Origin: Acidobacteriota bacterium
Lineage (GTDB): Bacteria; Acidobacteriota; Vicinamibacteria; Vicinamibacterales; UBA2999
DNA: 64,000 nucleotides
Assembly (NCBI GenBank): GCA_016789705.1
Contig: JAEUQR010000141.1
Location: forward strand, 7,175-71,174
Direction: 5' to 3'
The translations under genes and the position numbers were made by a program. Of this stretch, positions 24,125 through 33,763 are shown piece by piece. Below the pieces are notes generated by a model. The model was not told the origin of the DNA and ran no database searches. It saw only the letters and a list, made by a program, of their open reading frames with translations. Numbering within the stretch: position 1 is the first letter of the stretch; each line of letters begins with the position of its first letter.

Positions 24125-27100
24125 ATGCCGTCATCCGACACACGACCGTCACGCCTCGCCCGCTGGCTCGCCCCCATCGCCGAACTCCGCGATGGCGAAG
24201 GCGCCACGGCGTTCCTGCTCTTCCTGTACTCGTTCCTGGCGATGACGTCGTACAACATCGTCAAGCCGGTCACACGCTCGCAGTTCATCTCGAGTCTGGG
24301 CGCCGACAACCTGCCGTGGGTGCAGTTCGGCGCCGGCATGCTCATCGGCCTGCTGATGCAGGGCTACACGAAGGCGATCGCGGCCGTGCCGCGCCGCTGG
24401 ACGATCCCGGTCACACAAGCCGGCATGATCGCGCTGCTCGTCACGTTCTGGGTGCTCTTCACCCGGGTGGGCAGCGAGTGGGTCTCGGTGGGCTTCTACC
24501 TGTTCGGGCTCATCCTCGGCATCCTGCTCATCAGCCAGTTCTGGACGCTCGCCAACGACATCTACGACCCGCGGCAGGCCAAGCGTCTGTTCGGCCTCAT
24601 CGGCGGCGGCTCGAGCCTCGGCGGCGCCACCGGCGCCGCGCTCACCGCCGGCCTCGTCGAATCACTCGGCACGAAGACGATGCTGCTCGTCAGCGCCGGC
24701 ATCATGTTCGTGTGCCTGCTCATCGTCGTGCGCATCATCCGCTCCAACGAGAAAGCCGGCCAGTCCGATGCCGCGAAGACCGGCGAAGAGGAAGGCGTCG
24801 GCGGCGGTGAGGCGCTGGCACTGCTGCGCGGCTCGCGCCACCTGCAGATCATCGCCCTCGTCATCACGTTCGCGGCCATCGGCGCCGCGATCATCGAGCA
24901 GCAGCTCAACATGGCCACGGCGGAGGCCAAGGGCCAGTCGAACACCGACGGCATCACCGCCTTCCTCGCGCAGGTCACCGTCTACCTGTCGCTCATCGGC
25001 CTCTTCATCCAGGTGGCGCTCACGAGCCGCATCCACCGGCTGCTCGGCATCGGCTTCGCGCTGCTCATCCTGCCCGTCAGCCTCGGCGCCTCGGGCCTGC
25101 TGATGCTCTCGGTGGGCGCGCTCTGGACGTCGGGCCTGGCGCGCGTGCTCGACACGTCGCTGCGCTACACGGTCGACAAGACCACACGCGAGATTCTGTT
25201 CCTGCCGCTGCCGGCCGACGTGAAATACCGCGCCAAGCCCTTCATCGACGTCACCGTCGATCGGCTGTCGAAGGGCGCCGGCGCACTGCTGATCCTCGTC
25301 CTCATCAAGGACTGGGGGCTGGCGCTCAGCTGGCGGCAGTTGAGTTACGCGAGCCTGGCCATCATGGCGCTCTGGGTCTTCTTCGCGTTGCGGGCGCGCA
25401 AGGAGTACATGGCGGCGTTCCGCCGGAGCATCGTGCAGCAGGACATGAAGGCCGGCGAGATCCGCCTCGAAACGGCCGACCTCTCCACCATCGAAGCGCT
25501 GGTCGAGGAACTGGGACACCACGAACCGAAGCGTGTCGTCTACGCGCTCGACCTCATCGAGTCGCTCGACAAGCGGCACCTGGTCAGCCCGCTGATGCTG
25601 CACCACGAGCATCCGGACGTCCGCACCCGCGTGCTGCAGCTCGCCGAAGCCACCGGCCCGTCGGGCGCCACGCGCTGGCAACGCGGCATCGAACGCGGGC
25701 TGGCCGATGCCGAAGGCGACGTCCGCGCCGCGGCCGTGCGGGCGCTGGCCGCCGTGAAGGGCCAGGGCGCCGCCGCCCTCATGCGGCCCTACCTGCGGGA
25801 TGGCGATCCGGCCCTCGTCGTCACCGCCGCATCGGCGCTGTCGAACAGCACCGACACGGCCGACGTGACCGCCGCGATGGACGCCTTCCGCGCGCTCATC
25901 GACGACTCGCGTGAACAACGCGCATCGACGCGCGCCGAAGTGGCGCGCGCGCTCGGCCGCGTGACGAATCCGGAGTTCCGTCCGCTGCTTGTGCCGCTCA
26001 TGTTCGACGCCGACACCGAGGTGGCGCGCGCCGCCATCCGCAGCGCCGCCAGGCTCGGCGCCGGCGACTTCCTGTTCGTGCCGCCCCTCGTCTCGCTGCT
26101 GCGCAACCGGCTGCTCAAAGGCGCGGCGCGCGACGTGCTGGCCGGCTACGGCGAGGCCGTCGTGCCCACGCTCGTGTACTTCATGAAGGACCGCGAGGAA
26201 GACGTGTGGGTGCGCCGGCACATGCCGGCCACACTCGCCCGCATCCCCTGCGCCGCCACGCTCCAGGCCCTGCTCGAGACGGTGGACGACCCGGACGGCT
26301 TCCTGCGCTACAAGGCGCTCGCCGCCCTGGAACACCTGCGCCGCACGCGGCCCGACCTGGTCATCCCGACGGTCACCGTGGAGAAACTCATCGCCGGCGA
26401 GACGACGCGGGCATTCAACCGTCTCACGCTGCACTACAACCTGTTCCACGCCGGCGGCCTCGACGGCACGAGCCTGCTGGCACGCGCGCTCACCGAAAAA
26501 TACGCGCGCGCGTTCGACCGCGTGTTCACGCTGCTGAGCCTCATCCATCCGCCCACCGACATCGCCGCCGTGCGGCACGCGCTCGTGACGGGCGACGCGC
26601 GGAGCCGTTCAGGCGCCGCCGAATACCTCGACAACATCCTCACCGGCGAGGCGCGGGCGCGCGTCATGCTGCTCGCCGAGGAGATGCCGCTCGACGTGCG
26701 CATCCGCAAGGGCAACACGCTCTTCCGCACGCGCCAGCGCGACGTCGAGGACACGCTCGCGCAGCTCATCCACGACGAAAGCCAGGAAGTGGCGGCCACC
26801 GCGATCCAGCTGGTGGAGGCGCAGCAGCGCTGGACGCTCGCCCCCGACCTCGAGCACACACTCGAGCACCGGCCGGTGCGCGACTGGTGGGTCTTCGAGG
26901 CAGCCTCGTGGGCGCTGGCGGCGCACCGCATGCCCGCGGAGCGGCGGCGCGTGCTCTGGCAGGAGCCGTTGCCGGCCGTCGAGCTCGCCGACCGCCTGCG
27001 CCGCATCCGCCTGTTCGACTTCGTGTCGGTGGACGAACTCTTCCGCGTGGCGAGCCTGGGCCGTCAGGTGCGGCACGAAGCCGGCCGCGTCATCGCGCAG

Positions 27101-27874
27101 GAAGGCCAGGCCACCGATGCGCTGCACTTCGTGCTCGACGGCCGGGTGTCGGTGGGCGGCAGCCACTGCGGCCCCGACGAGCTGGGGGCCCCCGGCGTCA
27201 TCGGCTTCGAGGACGTGCTCGAAGGGCACCCCGTGCGCCACACGGCCACGGCCCTCGAGCCGACGATCACGCTGACGATGACGACCGACGCGTTCCTCAC
27301 GCTCGTGTCCGAGAACGTGGAGATCGCACAGGGCATCTTCCGCCTGCTGCTCGAGACGCGCTGCGCGCCGGCCTGGCGCACGGTCGTGCACGGCACGCTG
27401 TCGGACGAACTGACGAAACGGGTCGCCGACGGGGTGCAGACACTCGACGGCCTGCTGCTCCTGCAGTCGAGCCCGCTGTTGCAGCGGGCGACGACGGCCG
27501 ACCTGGTGCGGCTGGCGGGCATCGCCCGCATCCTGCCGCTCGCGGCCGGCGACACGCTGTTCAAGGCCGGCGACGGGGCGGCCATCCATGCCGTCGTGAC
27601 CGGCGCCATCGCGATTGCCGGCGACGGGGGCGACACCGACACCGCCGAAAGTGGCGACGTGGTGGGAATGTATGAAGCCCTCGGGGGCCGCTACATGACC
27701 TCCGCCGGCAAGGTCACGGTGGCCGGCGAGGTGCTGCGCATCGACCGCGCAGAGCTCTTCGAGCTGATGGCCGACAACATCCCGCTGCTGCAGGGCATCT
27801 TCAGCGGCCTGCTCCACGCCTCCACGCACGCGACGGCCGGCGATCACACGCACGCGGCCGGGGCCGCCCACTGA
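24125..27874 (+). CDS. TLC-like transporter + HEAT repeats + two cyclic-nucleotide-binding (cNMP) domains
   Basis: Paralog of 21302..24061 (EGATAFLLFLYSFLAMTSYNIVKPVTRSQFISSLGADNLPWV). HEAT repeats: HEHPDVRTRVLQLA, EGDVRAAAVRALA, DADTEVARAAIRSAARLG. Two cNMP-binding-like domains: LFDFVSVDELFRVASLGRQVRHEAGRVIAQEGQATDALHFVLDGRV and SPLLQRATTADLVRLAGIARILPLAAGDTLFKAGDGAAIHAVVTGAI. Confidence 0.65.
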   Translation: MPSSDTRPSRLARWLAPIAELRDGEGATAFLLFLYSFLAMTSYNIVKPVTRSQFISSLGADNLPWVQFGAGMLIGLLMQGYTKAIAAVPRRWTIPVTQAGMIALLVTFWVLFTRVGSEWVSVGFYLFGLILGILLISQFWTLANDIYDPRQAKRLFGLIGGGSSLGGATGAALTAGLVESLGTKTMLLVSAGIMFVCLLIVVRIIRSNEKAGQSDAAKTGEEEGVGGGEALALLRGSRHLQIIALVITFAAIGAAIIEQQLNMATAEAKGQSNTDGITAFLAQVTVYLSLIGLFIQVALTSRIHRLLGIGFALLILPVSLGASGLLMLSVGALWTSGLARVLDTSLRYTVDKTTREILFLPLPADVKYRAKPFIDVTVDRLSKGAGALLILVLIKDWGLALSWRQLSYASLAIMALWVFFALRARKEYMAAFRRSIVQQDMKAGEIRLETADLSTIEALVEELGHHEPKRVVYALDLIESLDKRHLVSPLMLHHEHPDVRTRVLQLAEATGPSGATRWQRGIERGLADAEGDVRAAAVRALAAVKGQGAAALMRPYLRDGDPALVVTAASALSNSTDTADVTAAMDAFRALIDDSREQRASTRAEVARALGRVTNPEFRPLLVPLMFDADTEVARAAIRSAARLGAGDFLFVPPLVSLLRNRLLKGAARDVLAGYGEAVVPTLVYFMKDREEDVWVRRHMPATLARIPCAATLQALLETVDDPDGFLRYKALAALEHLRRTRPDLVIPTVTVEKLIAGETTRAFNRLTLHYNLFHAGGLDGTSLLARALTEKYARAFDRVFTLLSLIHPPTDIAAVRHALVTGDARSRSGAAEYLDNILTGEARARVMLLAEEMPLDVRIRKGNTLFRTRQRDVEDTLAQLIHDESQEVAATAIQLVEAQQRWTLAPDLEHTLEHRPVRDWWVFEAASWALAAHRMPAERRRVLWQEPLPAVELADRLRRIRLFDFVSVDELFRVASLGRQVRHEAGRVIAQEGQATDALHFVLDGRVSVGGSHCGPDELGAPGVIGFEDVLEGHPVRHTATALEPTITLTMTTDAFLTLVSENVEIAQGIFRLLLETRCAPAWRTVVHGTLSDELTKRVADGVQTLDGLLLLQSSPLLQRATTADLVRLAGIARILPLAAGDTLFKAGDGAAIHAVVTGAIAIAGDGGDTDTAESGDVVGMYEALGGRYMTSAGKVTVAGEVLRIDRAELFELMADNIPLLQGIFSGLLHASTHATAGDHTHAAGAAH

Positions 27875-27893
27875 CCGCCGCCGCCCTCGGGGG

Positions 27894-29414
27894 CTAACGC
27901 GGCAGGCGCACGTCGAAGGTCGTGCCGGTGCCTGGCGTGCTCGTCACGCTCACGCGGCCGCCGTGCCGTTCCACGATCGCTTTCACGATCGAGAGGCCGA
28001 GGCCCGTGCCGGGGCCGTCGGCCCGCGCGGGATCGGCCTTGTAGAAGCGGTCGAAGACGTGCGGCAGGTGTTCCGGACCGATGCCTTCGCCGGTATCGCT
28101 CACGCGAAGCACGGCGTCACCACCCTCGACGAACGCCTGCCAGCTGACACGGCCACCGGCCGGCGTGTGGCGGAGGGCATTCGCCGTGAGGTTCTGCACG
28201 ACCTGCTCGAGCCGGCGGGCATCACCGGGCACGGTGTCGAGGCCGCCGGCGATCGAGGTCTCGAGTGTGACGGCCGCGGCCGCCGCCGTCGGCCCATGCC
28301 GCTCGACCACGCGCGTGAAGAGGGCCGCCACGGCTACCGGCACGCGCTCGAACGCGGCGCCGCCGGCATCGACACGCGCCAGGTCGAGCAGGTCGTTCAC
28401 CAGCCGCTCGAGGCGCTGCGCCTCGACATCGACGATGTGCACAAAGCGGCGGCCTTCATCACTGGACGGCGCGAAGGCCGGCAGGGTCAACGTCTCGGCG
28501 TAGCCGCGAATGGCCGTGAGCGGCGTGCGCAGTTCGTGGGTGACATCGGCGAGCAGTTGCCGGCGGGCGCGGTCGGCCTCGACGAGCGCGGCCTCGCGCG
28601 CCGCCGCCTCGTCGGCCATACGGTTGAAGGCGCGGGCCACGGCCGCCACCTCGTCGCCGCCGCGCTCGACGGCGCGGGCCGTGAGATCACCGGCGCCGAA
28701 ACGCCGCGCCGCCTGTTCGAGGTCGCTGAGCCTGGCCTGCGCCGGGCGGAACACGGCAAGAGAGGCCAGCGCCGTCCCGGCCGCGAGCAGCACGGCCAGG
28801 CCCACAGCGAGCCACGGGGCGAGTTCGCGCGCCACCGCGGCGGGTGGCCGTCCGCGCGCCACCATCACCGCCGCGACGACGTGGTCGTTCACGCGCACCG
28901 GGGCCACCGCCCAGGGCGGCCCGAGCGGCCGCGGCCCGGGTCGGCTCTGCCCGCGCGCCCCGCGTGTCTCACTGTCGCGCTCCTGCGGCCGCAGATCCCG
29001 CCGGCGGGTGTTCGGCCGCCGGCCGGGCGGCCACGCCGCGTCCCCGGCGGCGAGCTGAGCCCGCACGTCCTCCACGAGCGGCGGCGGCGGCTCGAGGTCG
29101 CCGGCCACCACGCGGCCATCCGCCAGCACGAGTGCGGCCGGGCGCCCCAGATCGCGGAAGCGTTCGTCGGCCAGCAGCGCCAGATCCATGCCGCTCCCGC
29201 GTTCGGCGGCGTCGCCGAGTTCCTCGGCCACGAGCGCGGCCAGGTCACCGAGCAGGCGCGGCGGCAGCGCCGCTTCCCGCTGCGTCGAGAGCCACAGAAA
29301 AAGGCCGCCCTGCGCCACGAGCGTCGCCGCGAGGAACGCGATGAAGCCGATGGCGATGCGCCAGTAGAGGCTGCGGTACCAGCGGCGCGGGCCGGGCAGG
29401 GTCGGCTCAGACAT
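27894..29414 (-). CDS. Sensor histidine kinase (two TM segments, HAMP, HisKA, HATPase_c)
   Basis: H-box DVTHELRTPLTAIRGY; N-box QNLTANALRHTP; G-boxes VSDTGEGI and GTGLGLSIVKAIVERHGG. Start taken at MSEPTLPG; it overlaps the response regulator stop by 8 nt. Confidence 0.9.
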   Translation of the reverse strand: MSEPTLPGPRRWYRSLYWRIAIGFIAFLAATLVAQGGLFLWLSTQREAALPPRLLGDLAALVAEELGDAAERGSGMDLALLADERFRDLGRPAALVLADGRVVAGDLEPPPPLVEDVRAQLAAGDAAWPPGRRPNTRRRDLRPQERDSETRGARGQSRPGPRPLGPPWAVAPVRVNDHVVAAVMVARGRPPAAVARELAPWLAVGLAVLLAAGTALASLAVFRPAQARLSDLEQAARRFGAGDLTARAVERGGDEVAAVARAFNRMADEAAAREAALVEADRARRQLLADVTHELRTPLTAIRGYAETLTLPAFAPSSDEGRRFVHIVDVEAQRLERLVNDLLDLARVDAGGAAFERVPVAVAALFTRVVERHGPTAAAAAVTLETSIAGGLDTVPGDARRLEQVVQNLTANALRHTPAGGRVSWQAFVEGGDAVLRVSDTGEGIGPEHLPHVFDRFYKADPARADGPGTGLGLSIVKAIVERHGGRVSVTSTPGTGTTFDVRLPR

Positions 29415-30108
29415 CGGCGAACTTGTAGCCCGCACCCCACACCGTGAGGATGAGGACGGGCGCCTCCGTGTCGGCTTCGACGCGCTTGCGCAGCCGCTTC
29501 ACGAGCGTGTCGACACTGCGCGGCGTGACGAAGGTCTGATCGGGCCACACCTTCGCCAGCAGCGCCTCGCGGCTGAAGACGATGCCGGGATGCGTCGCCA
29601 GCAGGTGCAGCAGCTTGAACTCCTGCGTGGTGAGTTCCACATCCTGCCCGCGCACGCGCACACGCCGGCGCGCCGGATCGATCTCGACGCCGTGCAGGGT
29701 CACGACCTTCCCCGCGTCGCCGCCCGGGACGACGATGGCGCGCGGGCGGCGCAGCAGCGCCCGCACGCGGGCGACGAACTCGCGGATGCCAAAAGGCTTC
29801 GCCAGGTAGTCGTCGGCGCCGGTCTCGAGGCCGAGCACCTTGTCCGACTCCTCGCCGCGCGCCGTCAGCATCAGCACCGGCGTCCCGGTGTTGACGCCGC
29901 TGCGCCGCATGGCCTTGCACACGGTCAGTCCGTCCACGCCGGGCAGCATCAGATCCAGCACCACCAGGTCGACGCGCGTCGACTCGAGACGGGCGAGCGC
30001 CTCGCGGCCGTCGCCGACGAGCGTGCACTCGAGCCCCTCGAGGCCGAGGTGCAGCGCGATGAGGTCGCGGATGTGGGCGTCGTCTTCGACGACGAGGACA
30101 TGGGCCAT
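29407..30108 (-). CDS. OmpR-family response regulator
   Basis: Starts at MAHVLVVEDDAHIRD. Receiver domain: DLVVLDLMLPGVDG...LMLTA. Winged-helix output domain: VELTTQEFKLLHLLA...ILTVWGAGYKF. Confidence 0.9.
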   Translation of the reverse strand: MAHVLVVEDDAHIRDLIALHLGLEGLECTLVGDGREALARLESTRVDLVVLDLMLPGVDGLTVCKAMRRSGVNTGTPVLMLTARGEESDKVLGLETGADDYLAKPFGIREFVARVRALLRRPRAIVVPGGDAGKVVTLHGVEIDPARRRVRVRGQDVELTTQEFKLLHLLATHPGIVFSREALLAKVWPDQTFVTPRSVDTLVKRLRKRVEADTEAPVLILTVWGAGYKFADV

Positions 30109-30263
30109 GCGAGCGGCGCCCAACGGCGCCGTGCGGTCGATCTTACGGGCACCGGCCGGAGTTTCCCCCGCCAAGTGACGCCTGCCATACTTTTGTCACG
30201 CGCGCGCCGCCGCCGCGCCACGCGCGTCCCGTCTAGTAGGACAGGAAGGCTGGAGGGCATCCG

Positions 30264-30806
30264 ATGACCAAGAGATGGAAGATGGCAACTGGCGCGATTC
30301 TGGGCGTGGCGCTGCTCGCGGGCACGGGCGCCGCCGTGGTGGCCGCGGGGGATCAGGGTCCGGGCGGTCCGGGCGGGATGATGGGCCGGCGCGGCGGGCC
30401 GGGCGGCATCGTGCCCGGTCTGCGCGGGCTCGACCTGACCGACGCCCAGCGCGAGCAGGTGAAGGCGACGATGGACGCGCACAAGGCGACCTTCGATGCC
30501 CAGCGCGACAAGCTCGTGGCCGCGCACAAGGCGCTCAACGAGGCGGTGACGGCCGGCACGTTCGACGAAGCCACCGTGCGCCAGAAGGCCGCCGACCTGG
30601 CGGCCGTCGAGGCCGACGGCGCCGTGCTCCGCGCCAAGGTCCACAGCGAGGTGTGGGCGCTGCTCACGCCGGAGCAGCAGACGAAGGCGAAGGCGCTGCT
30701 GACGGAGCGGGCCGAGCGCGCCGGGCAGATGCGCGAGCGGTTCGAGGCGCGGCGCGACCAGCGTGGCCGGCGCGGCGAGCGGACGCCGCGGCCGCAGGGC
30801 GACTGA
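30264..30806 (+). CDS. Periplasmic Spy/CpxP-family (LTXXQ motif) protein
   Basis: Signal peptide MTKRWKMATGAILGVALLAGTGAA. LTXXQ-type motifs LDLTDAQREQVKA and LLTPEQQTKAKALL. Transcribed divergently from the two-component operon. Confidence 0.75.
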   Translation: MTKRWKMATGAILGVALLAGTGAAVVAAGDQGPGGPGGMMGRRGGPGGIVPGLRGLDLTDAQREQVKATMDAHKATFDAQRDKLVAAHKALNEAVTAGTFDEATVRQKAADLAAVEADGAVLRAKVHSEVWALLTPEQQTKAKALLTERAERAGQMRERFEARRDQRGRRGERTPRPQGD

Positions 30807-30829
30807 CGCCTGACGGCGCGGGTCAGAGC

Positions 30830-30859
30830 GAGGCGGCACCGGAGGTCCGGTGCCGCCTC
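30830..30859 (+). terminator. Strong GC hairpin downstream of the Spy/CpxP-like gene (13-bp perfect stem, 4-nt loop)
   Basis: GAGGCGGCACCGG-AGGT-CCGGTGCCGCCTC, 24 nt after the stop. No U-tract follows. Confidence 0.55.
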
Positions 30860-30878
30860 GGCTGTGTACCGGCCGGAC

Positions 30879-30906
30879 TTGACTCTCGCGGTCCGAGGCG
30901 CATAAT
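30879..30906 (+). promoter_or_regulatory. Sigma-70-type promoter candidate for the CBS gene (TTGACT-N16-CATAAT)
   Basis: TTGACT 30879-30884, 16-nt spacer, CATAAT 30901-30906. GGAGG lies 6 nt before the ATG at 30951. Confidence 0.45.
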
Positions 30907-30950
30907 CCGCCTTTCGGCGTCCGCATCCGTCGTCAGCCCTGGAGGTACCC

Positions 30951-31379
30951 ATGAAGACCGTCCAGCAGGTTCTGCACGCGAAGTCCGGCCCCGTCCTCTC
31001 CGTCCGTCCGGATACCACGGTATACGACGCGCTCGTGCTGATGGCCCGGCACGACATCGGCGCGCTGCTCGTGCTCGACGGCGACCGTCTCTCCGGCATG
31101 TTCTCGGAGCGTGACTACGCGCGCAAGGTCATCCTCCACGGGCGGTCGTCGCGCACGATGCCGGTGGCCGACGTGATGACACGCGAGGTGGTGGCCGTGC
31201 CGGCGTGCCTCACGGTGGACGAGTGCATGGCGCTCATGACCGACCACCGCGTGCGCCACCTGCCGGTGGTCGAGGATGGCGACATCGTCGGGCTGGTGTC
31301 GATTGGCGACCTCGTCAAGGCGCAGATCGACGACCAGCGCTTCGTCATCGAGCAGCTCGAACACTACATCGCGCACTGA
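30951..31379 (+). CDS. CBS domain pair protein
   Basis: 142 aa. Two CBS motifs: VYDALVLMARHDIGALLVLDGDRLSGMFSERD and VDECMALMTDHRVRHLPVVEDGDIVGLVSIGD. Confidence 0.85.
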   Translation: MKTVQQVLHAKSGPVLSVRPDTTVYDALVLMARHDIGALLVLDGDRLSGMFSERDYARKVILHGRSSRTMPVADVMTREVVAVPACLTVDECMALMTDHRVRHLPVVEDGDIVGLVSIGDLVKAQIDDQRFVIEQLEHYIAH

Positions 31380-31403
31380 CCGGCCATCGGCGGTACACCG
31401 GCC

Positions 31404-33695
31404 TCAGAAGCGGAAGAGGCGCGTGAACTTCACGACGATCCCGCGGTTCTGCAGGCCCGGCAGGCCGCGCGGATCGGTGTCGCGTCCTTCGCTGTACACC
31501 ACGAAGAGATCCGATCCCGGCTGGTATTCCCAGCGGAAGCGGACGTTGGCCGACACCGTGTGCGTGGCCGATGCGTACTGCACGAGCGCGCCCACGAACG
31601 AGCGCGGCGAGAGCGTGTGGGTGGCGCGGGTACGCGCCACGGTGTTGCGGAACGTCCCGTACGGCAGGTCCACCCAGTTGACCGACACCGCCGGCTCGAA
31701 CATCAGCGAGCCGTTCGCTTCGACCCGTCCGCTGTAGCTCACCTCGGTGCGGTCGCCGTCGAAGAACTGACCGCGGGTCAGGCCGACGCGGCCGGCGATC
31801 TTCCGCTGCGGTCCGAAGTTGAACGACGACTGCACTTCCTGGAAGGTGTAACCCCCGACGGGGATGGTGACACCCGTCGCGACCTGAAACGGGCGCACGA
31901 GCCGCTCGAAGTCGCGCAGGTACTTCACCTCGAAGTTGTCGCCGCCACGGAAGTCGCCGCGCGTGCTCACCTCGAGGACGCGGGTCTCGAGATCGCCCGC
32001 CGGGTTCGTGACGTAGTCGAGGCTGACTTCGTTGTGCACCTGACGCAGCCGCGTGCGTCTGAGGCGCGGGCTGAAGCGCACCTGGCCGAAGTTACGGCGA
32101 AAGTCGAGCCGGCGCAGGAAGCCGACCTCGGGCGTGAACCCCGGGCCGACGAAGAGGTGTTCGTACTGCATGCCGTAACGATCCACGGCGAAGTCCACGC
32201 GGCTCCAGTAGCTCGTGCCCTCCCCCTGGCCGCGCGACGACAGGCTGCGCACGTAGGCGCCGTCCATGGTCCACGAGTTGCGGAAGGCCATGCCCGCATC
32301 CACGCCGACGACCTGGCTCGACCCACCCCCTGCCGCGGCAACATCGCGGCTGGTGGCCAGCACGCCGATGCTGCCCCGCTTCAGCAGGTCGCGGCGCACA
32401 CGGAGCACCGAGAAGTTCGTGGAGCGTGTGACGCCGTCCTCCGACTCGCCGGTCTGGATGTTGATGGCGCCGATCGAATAGGCACCGGCGCGGCCGGTCA
32501 TGCGACCGCCGGCGAGGATGGGCACCGGACGGTTGCCGTTCAGGCCGATGCGGCGGCTGAAGAACACGACCGGCGTGTCGCCGGGGCCCTGGTTGCCGCC
32601 GGTGAGCGCGCCGGGGCTCACGCGCGTCGAGACGCCGCCGAACTGGAAGATGCCCTGCCCTTCGAGGAAGAACTCCCGCTTCTCGGGGAAGAAGACGCTG
32701 AAGCGGGTCAGGTTGACCTGCTGCTCGTCATCTTCGACCTGCGCGAAGTCGGTGTTGAACGAGAAGTCGGCGGTGAGGCTCTTCGTGACGCCGACCTTCA
32801 GATCGCCGCCGACGTCGCCGCCCGGTTCGTTGCTGCGGCGCGGCGTGCCGACGTTATCGGTGCGGACGGCGCCGGTCACGTACGGCTTCAGTTCGAGCGT
32901 GCGCGAGGCGGCGCCCGGATTCACGCCCACCATCGTGGCGAACGACGACGCCTTGTAGACACCGCGCTGCGCCCACGCCGCCGGCACGCGCGTGAGGTGC
33001 GAGAGTTCGTTCTTCCAGCGCACGACGCGCAGGAAGTTGATGCCCCAGATTTGTTCGCCGCTGCCCTGGTAGCGCAGCGACTTGAAGGGGATCGCCGTCT
33101 CGAACATCCAGCCGGTGTCGTCACGGCGGGCGCGCACGTCCCACACCGTGCTCCAGTCGACGTTGTGCACGCGTTCGTCGGTGATGTAGCCGTCGCGCAG
33201 GGCGCCGAGCGGATTGGTTTCGAACAGGAACGAGTTGCGCTTGTCGTGATACGTGTCGATGACGGCGATGAAGTTCTCGTTCTGGTAGATGTTCAGGTGA
33301 TCGCGCCGCCGCTCGTTCACCACCTCGAGTTCCGGGTGCGTATCCCAGCAGTGGGCGCTGATGTAGAGCGTGGAGTCGTCGAAGAACACCCACACGTCGG
33401 TCTTCTCGGTGGCCGGAGCGCCTTCGCGCGGCTCCTGCTGGATGAACTCGCTCATCGGATGGATGCGCTGGTAGACGGCCTCGTCGAGGCGGCCGTCGAA
33501 CGTCAGCGGGGCATCGAGGCGCACGGCCCGCACGGTCACGCGCCCGGCGTCGTCACGTGCCACCGTCACCGGCAATTCCGGCGCGGGCGGACCATCGGCC
33601 GCAGCGACCGGCGTCTGCGCCCGGGCGCCACTCACCCAGACCAGCGTGACAAGGACGACGAGCGCGGCACGAACGGCAGACGACGGACGCGGCAT
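31404..33695 (-). CDS. Secreted or outer-membrane protein with N-terminal CBM9/DOMON-like domain and large beta-rich DUF5916-like region
   Basis: Start at MPRPSSAVRAALVVLVTLVWVSGARAQ (signal peptide). Contains LTFDGRLDEAVYQ...EFIQQEPREGAPATEKTDVWVFFDDSTLYISAHCWD. Ends in an aromatic residue (...KFTRLFRF), as outer-membrane beta-barrels do. Confidence 0.65.
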   Translation of the reverse strand: MPRPSSAVRAALVVLVTLVWVSGARAQTPVAAADGPPAPELPVTVARDDAGRVTVRAVRLDAPLTFDGRLDEAVYQRIHPMSEFIQQEPREGAPATEKTDVWVFFDDSTLYISAHCWDTHPELEVVNERRRDHLNIYQNENFIAVIDTYHDKRNSFLFETNPLGALRDGYITDERVHNVDWSTVWDVRARRDDTGWMFETAIPFKSLRYQGSGEQIWGINFLRVVRWKNELSHLTRVPAAWAQRGVYKASSFATMVGVNPGAASRTLELKPYVTGAVRTDNVGTPRRSNEPGGDVGGDLKVGVTKSLTADFSFNTDFAQVEDDEQQVNLTRFSVFFPEKREFFLEGQGIFQFGGVSTRVSPGALTGGNQGPGDTPVVFFSRRIGLNGNRPVPILAGGRMTGRAGAYSIGAINIQTGESEDGVTRSTNFSVLRVRRDLLKRGSIGVLATSRDVAAAGGGSSQVVGVDAGMAFRNSWTMDGAYVRSLSSRGQGEGTSYWSRVDFAVDRYGMQYEHLFVGPGFTPEVGFLRRLDFRRNFGQVRFSPRLRRTRLRQVHNEVSLDYVTNPAGDLETRVLEVSTRGDFRGGDNFEVKYLRDFERLVRPFQVATGVTIPVGGYTFQEVQSSFNFGPQRKIAGRVGLTRGQFFDGDRTEVSYSGRVEANGSLMFEPAVSVNWVDLPYGTFRNTVARTRATHTLSPRSFVGALVQYASATHTVSANVRFRWEYQPGSDLFVVYSEGRDTDPRGLPGLQNRGIVVKFTRLFRF

Positions 33696-33763
33696 GCGAA
33701 GGATGAGGCGGCAGTGTAGCCGTGAACCTCCGCGACGCCGTGTCTGGAGTTGTGACCGGCGTC

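Noticed and set aside
30175-30199. GTGAC-N15-GTCAC inverted pentamers in the response regulator / Spy-like spacer, as a response-regulator operator.
   Set aside because: Only 5-bp arms pair. OmpR-family regulators usually bind direct repeats. The signal is too weak to call from sequence alone.
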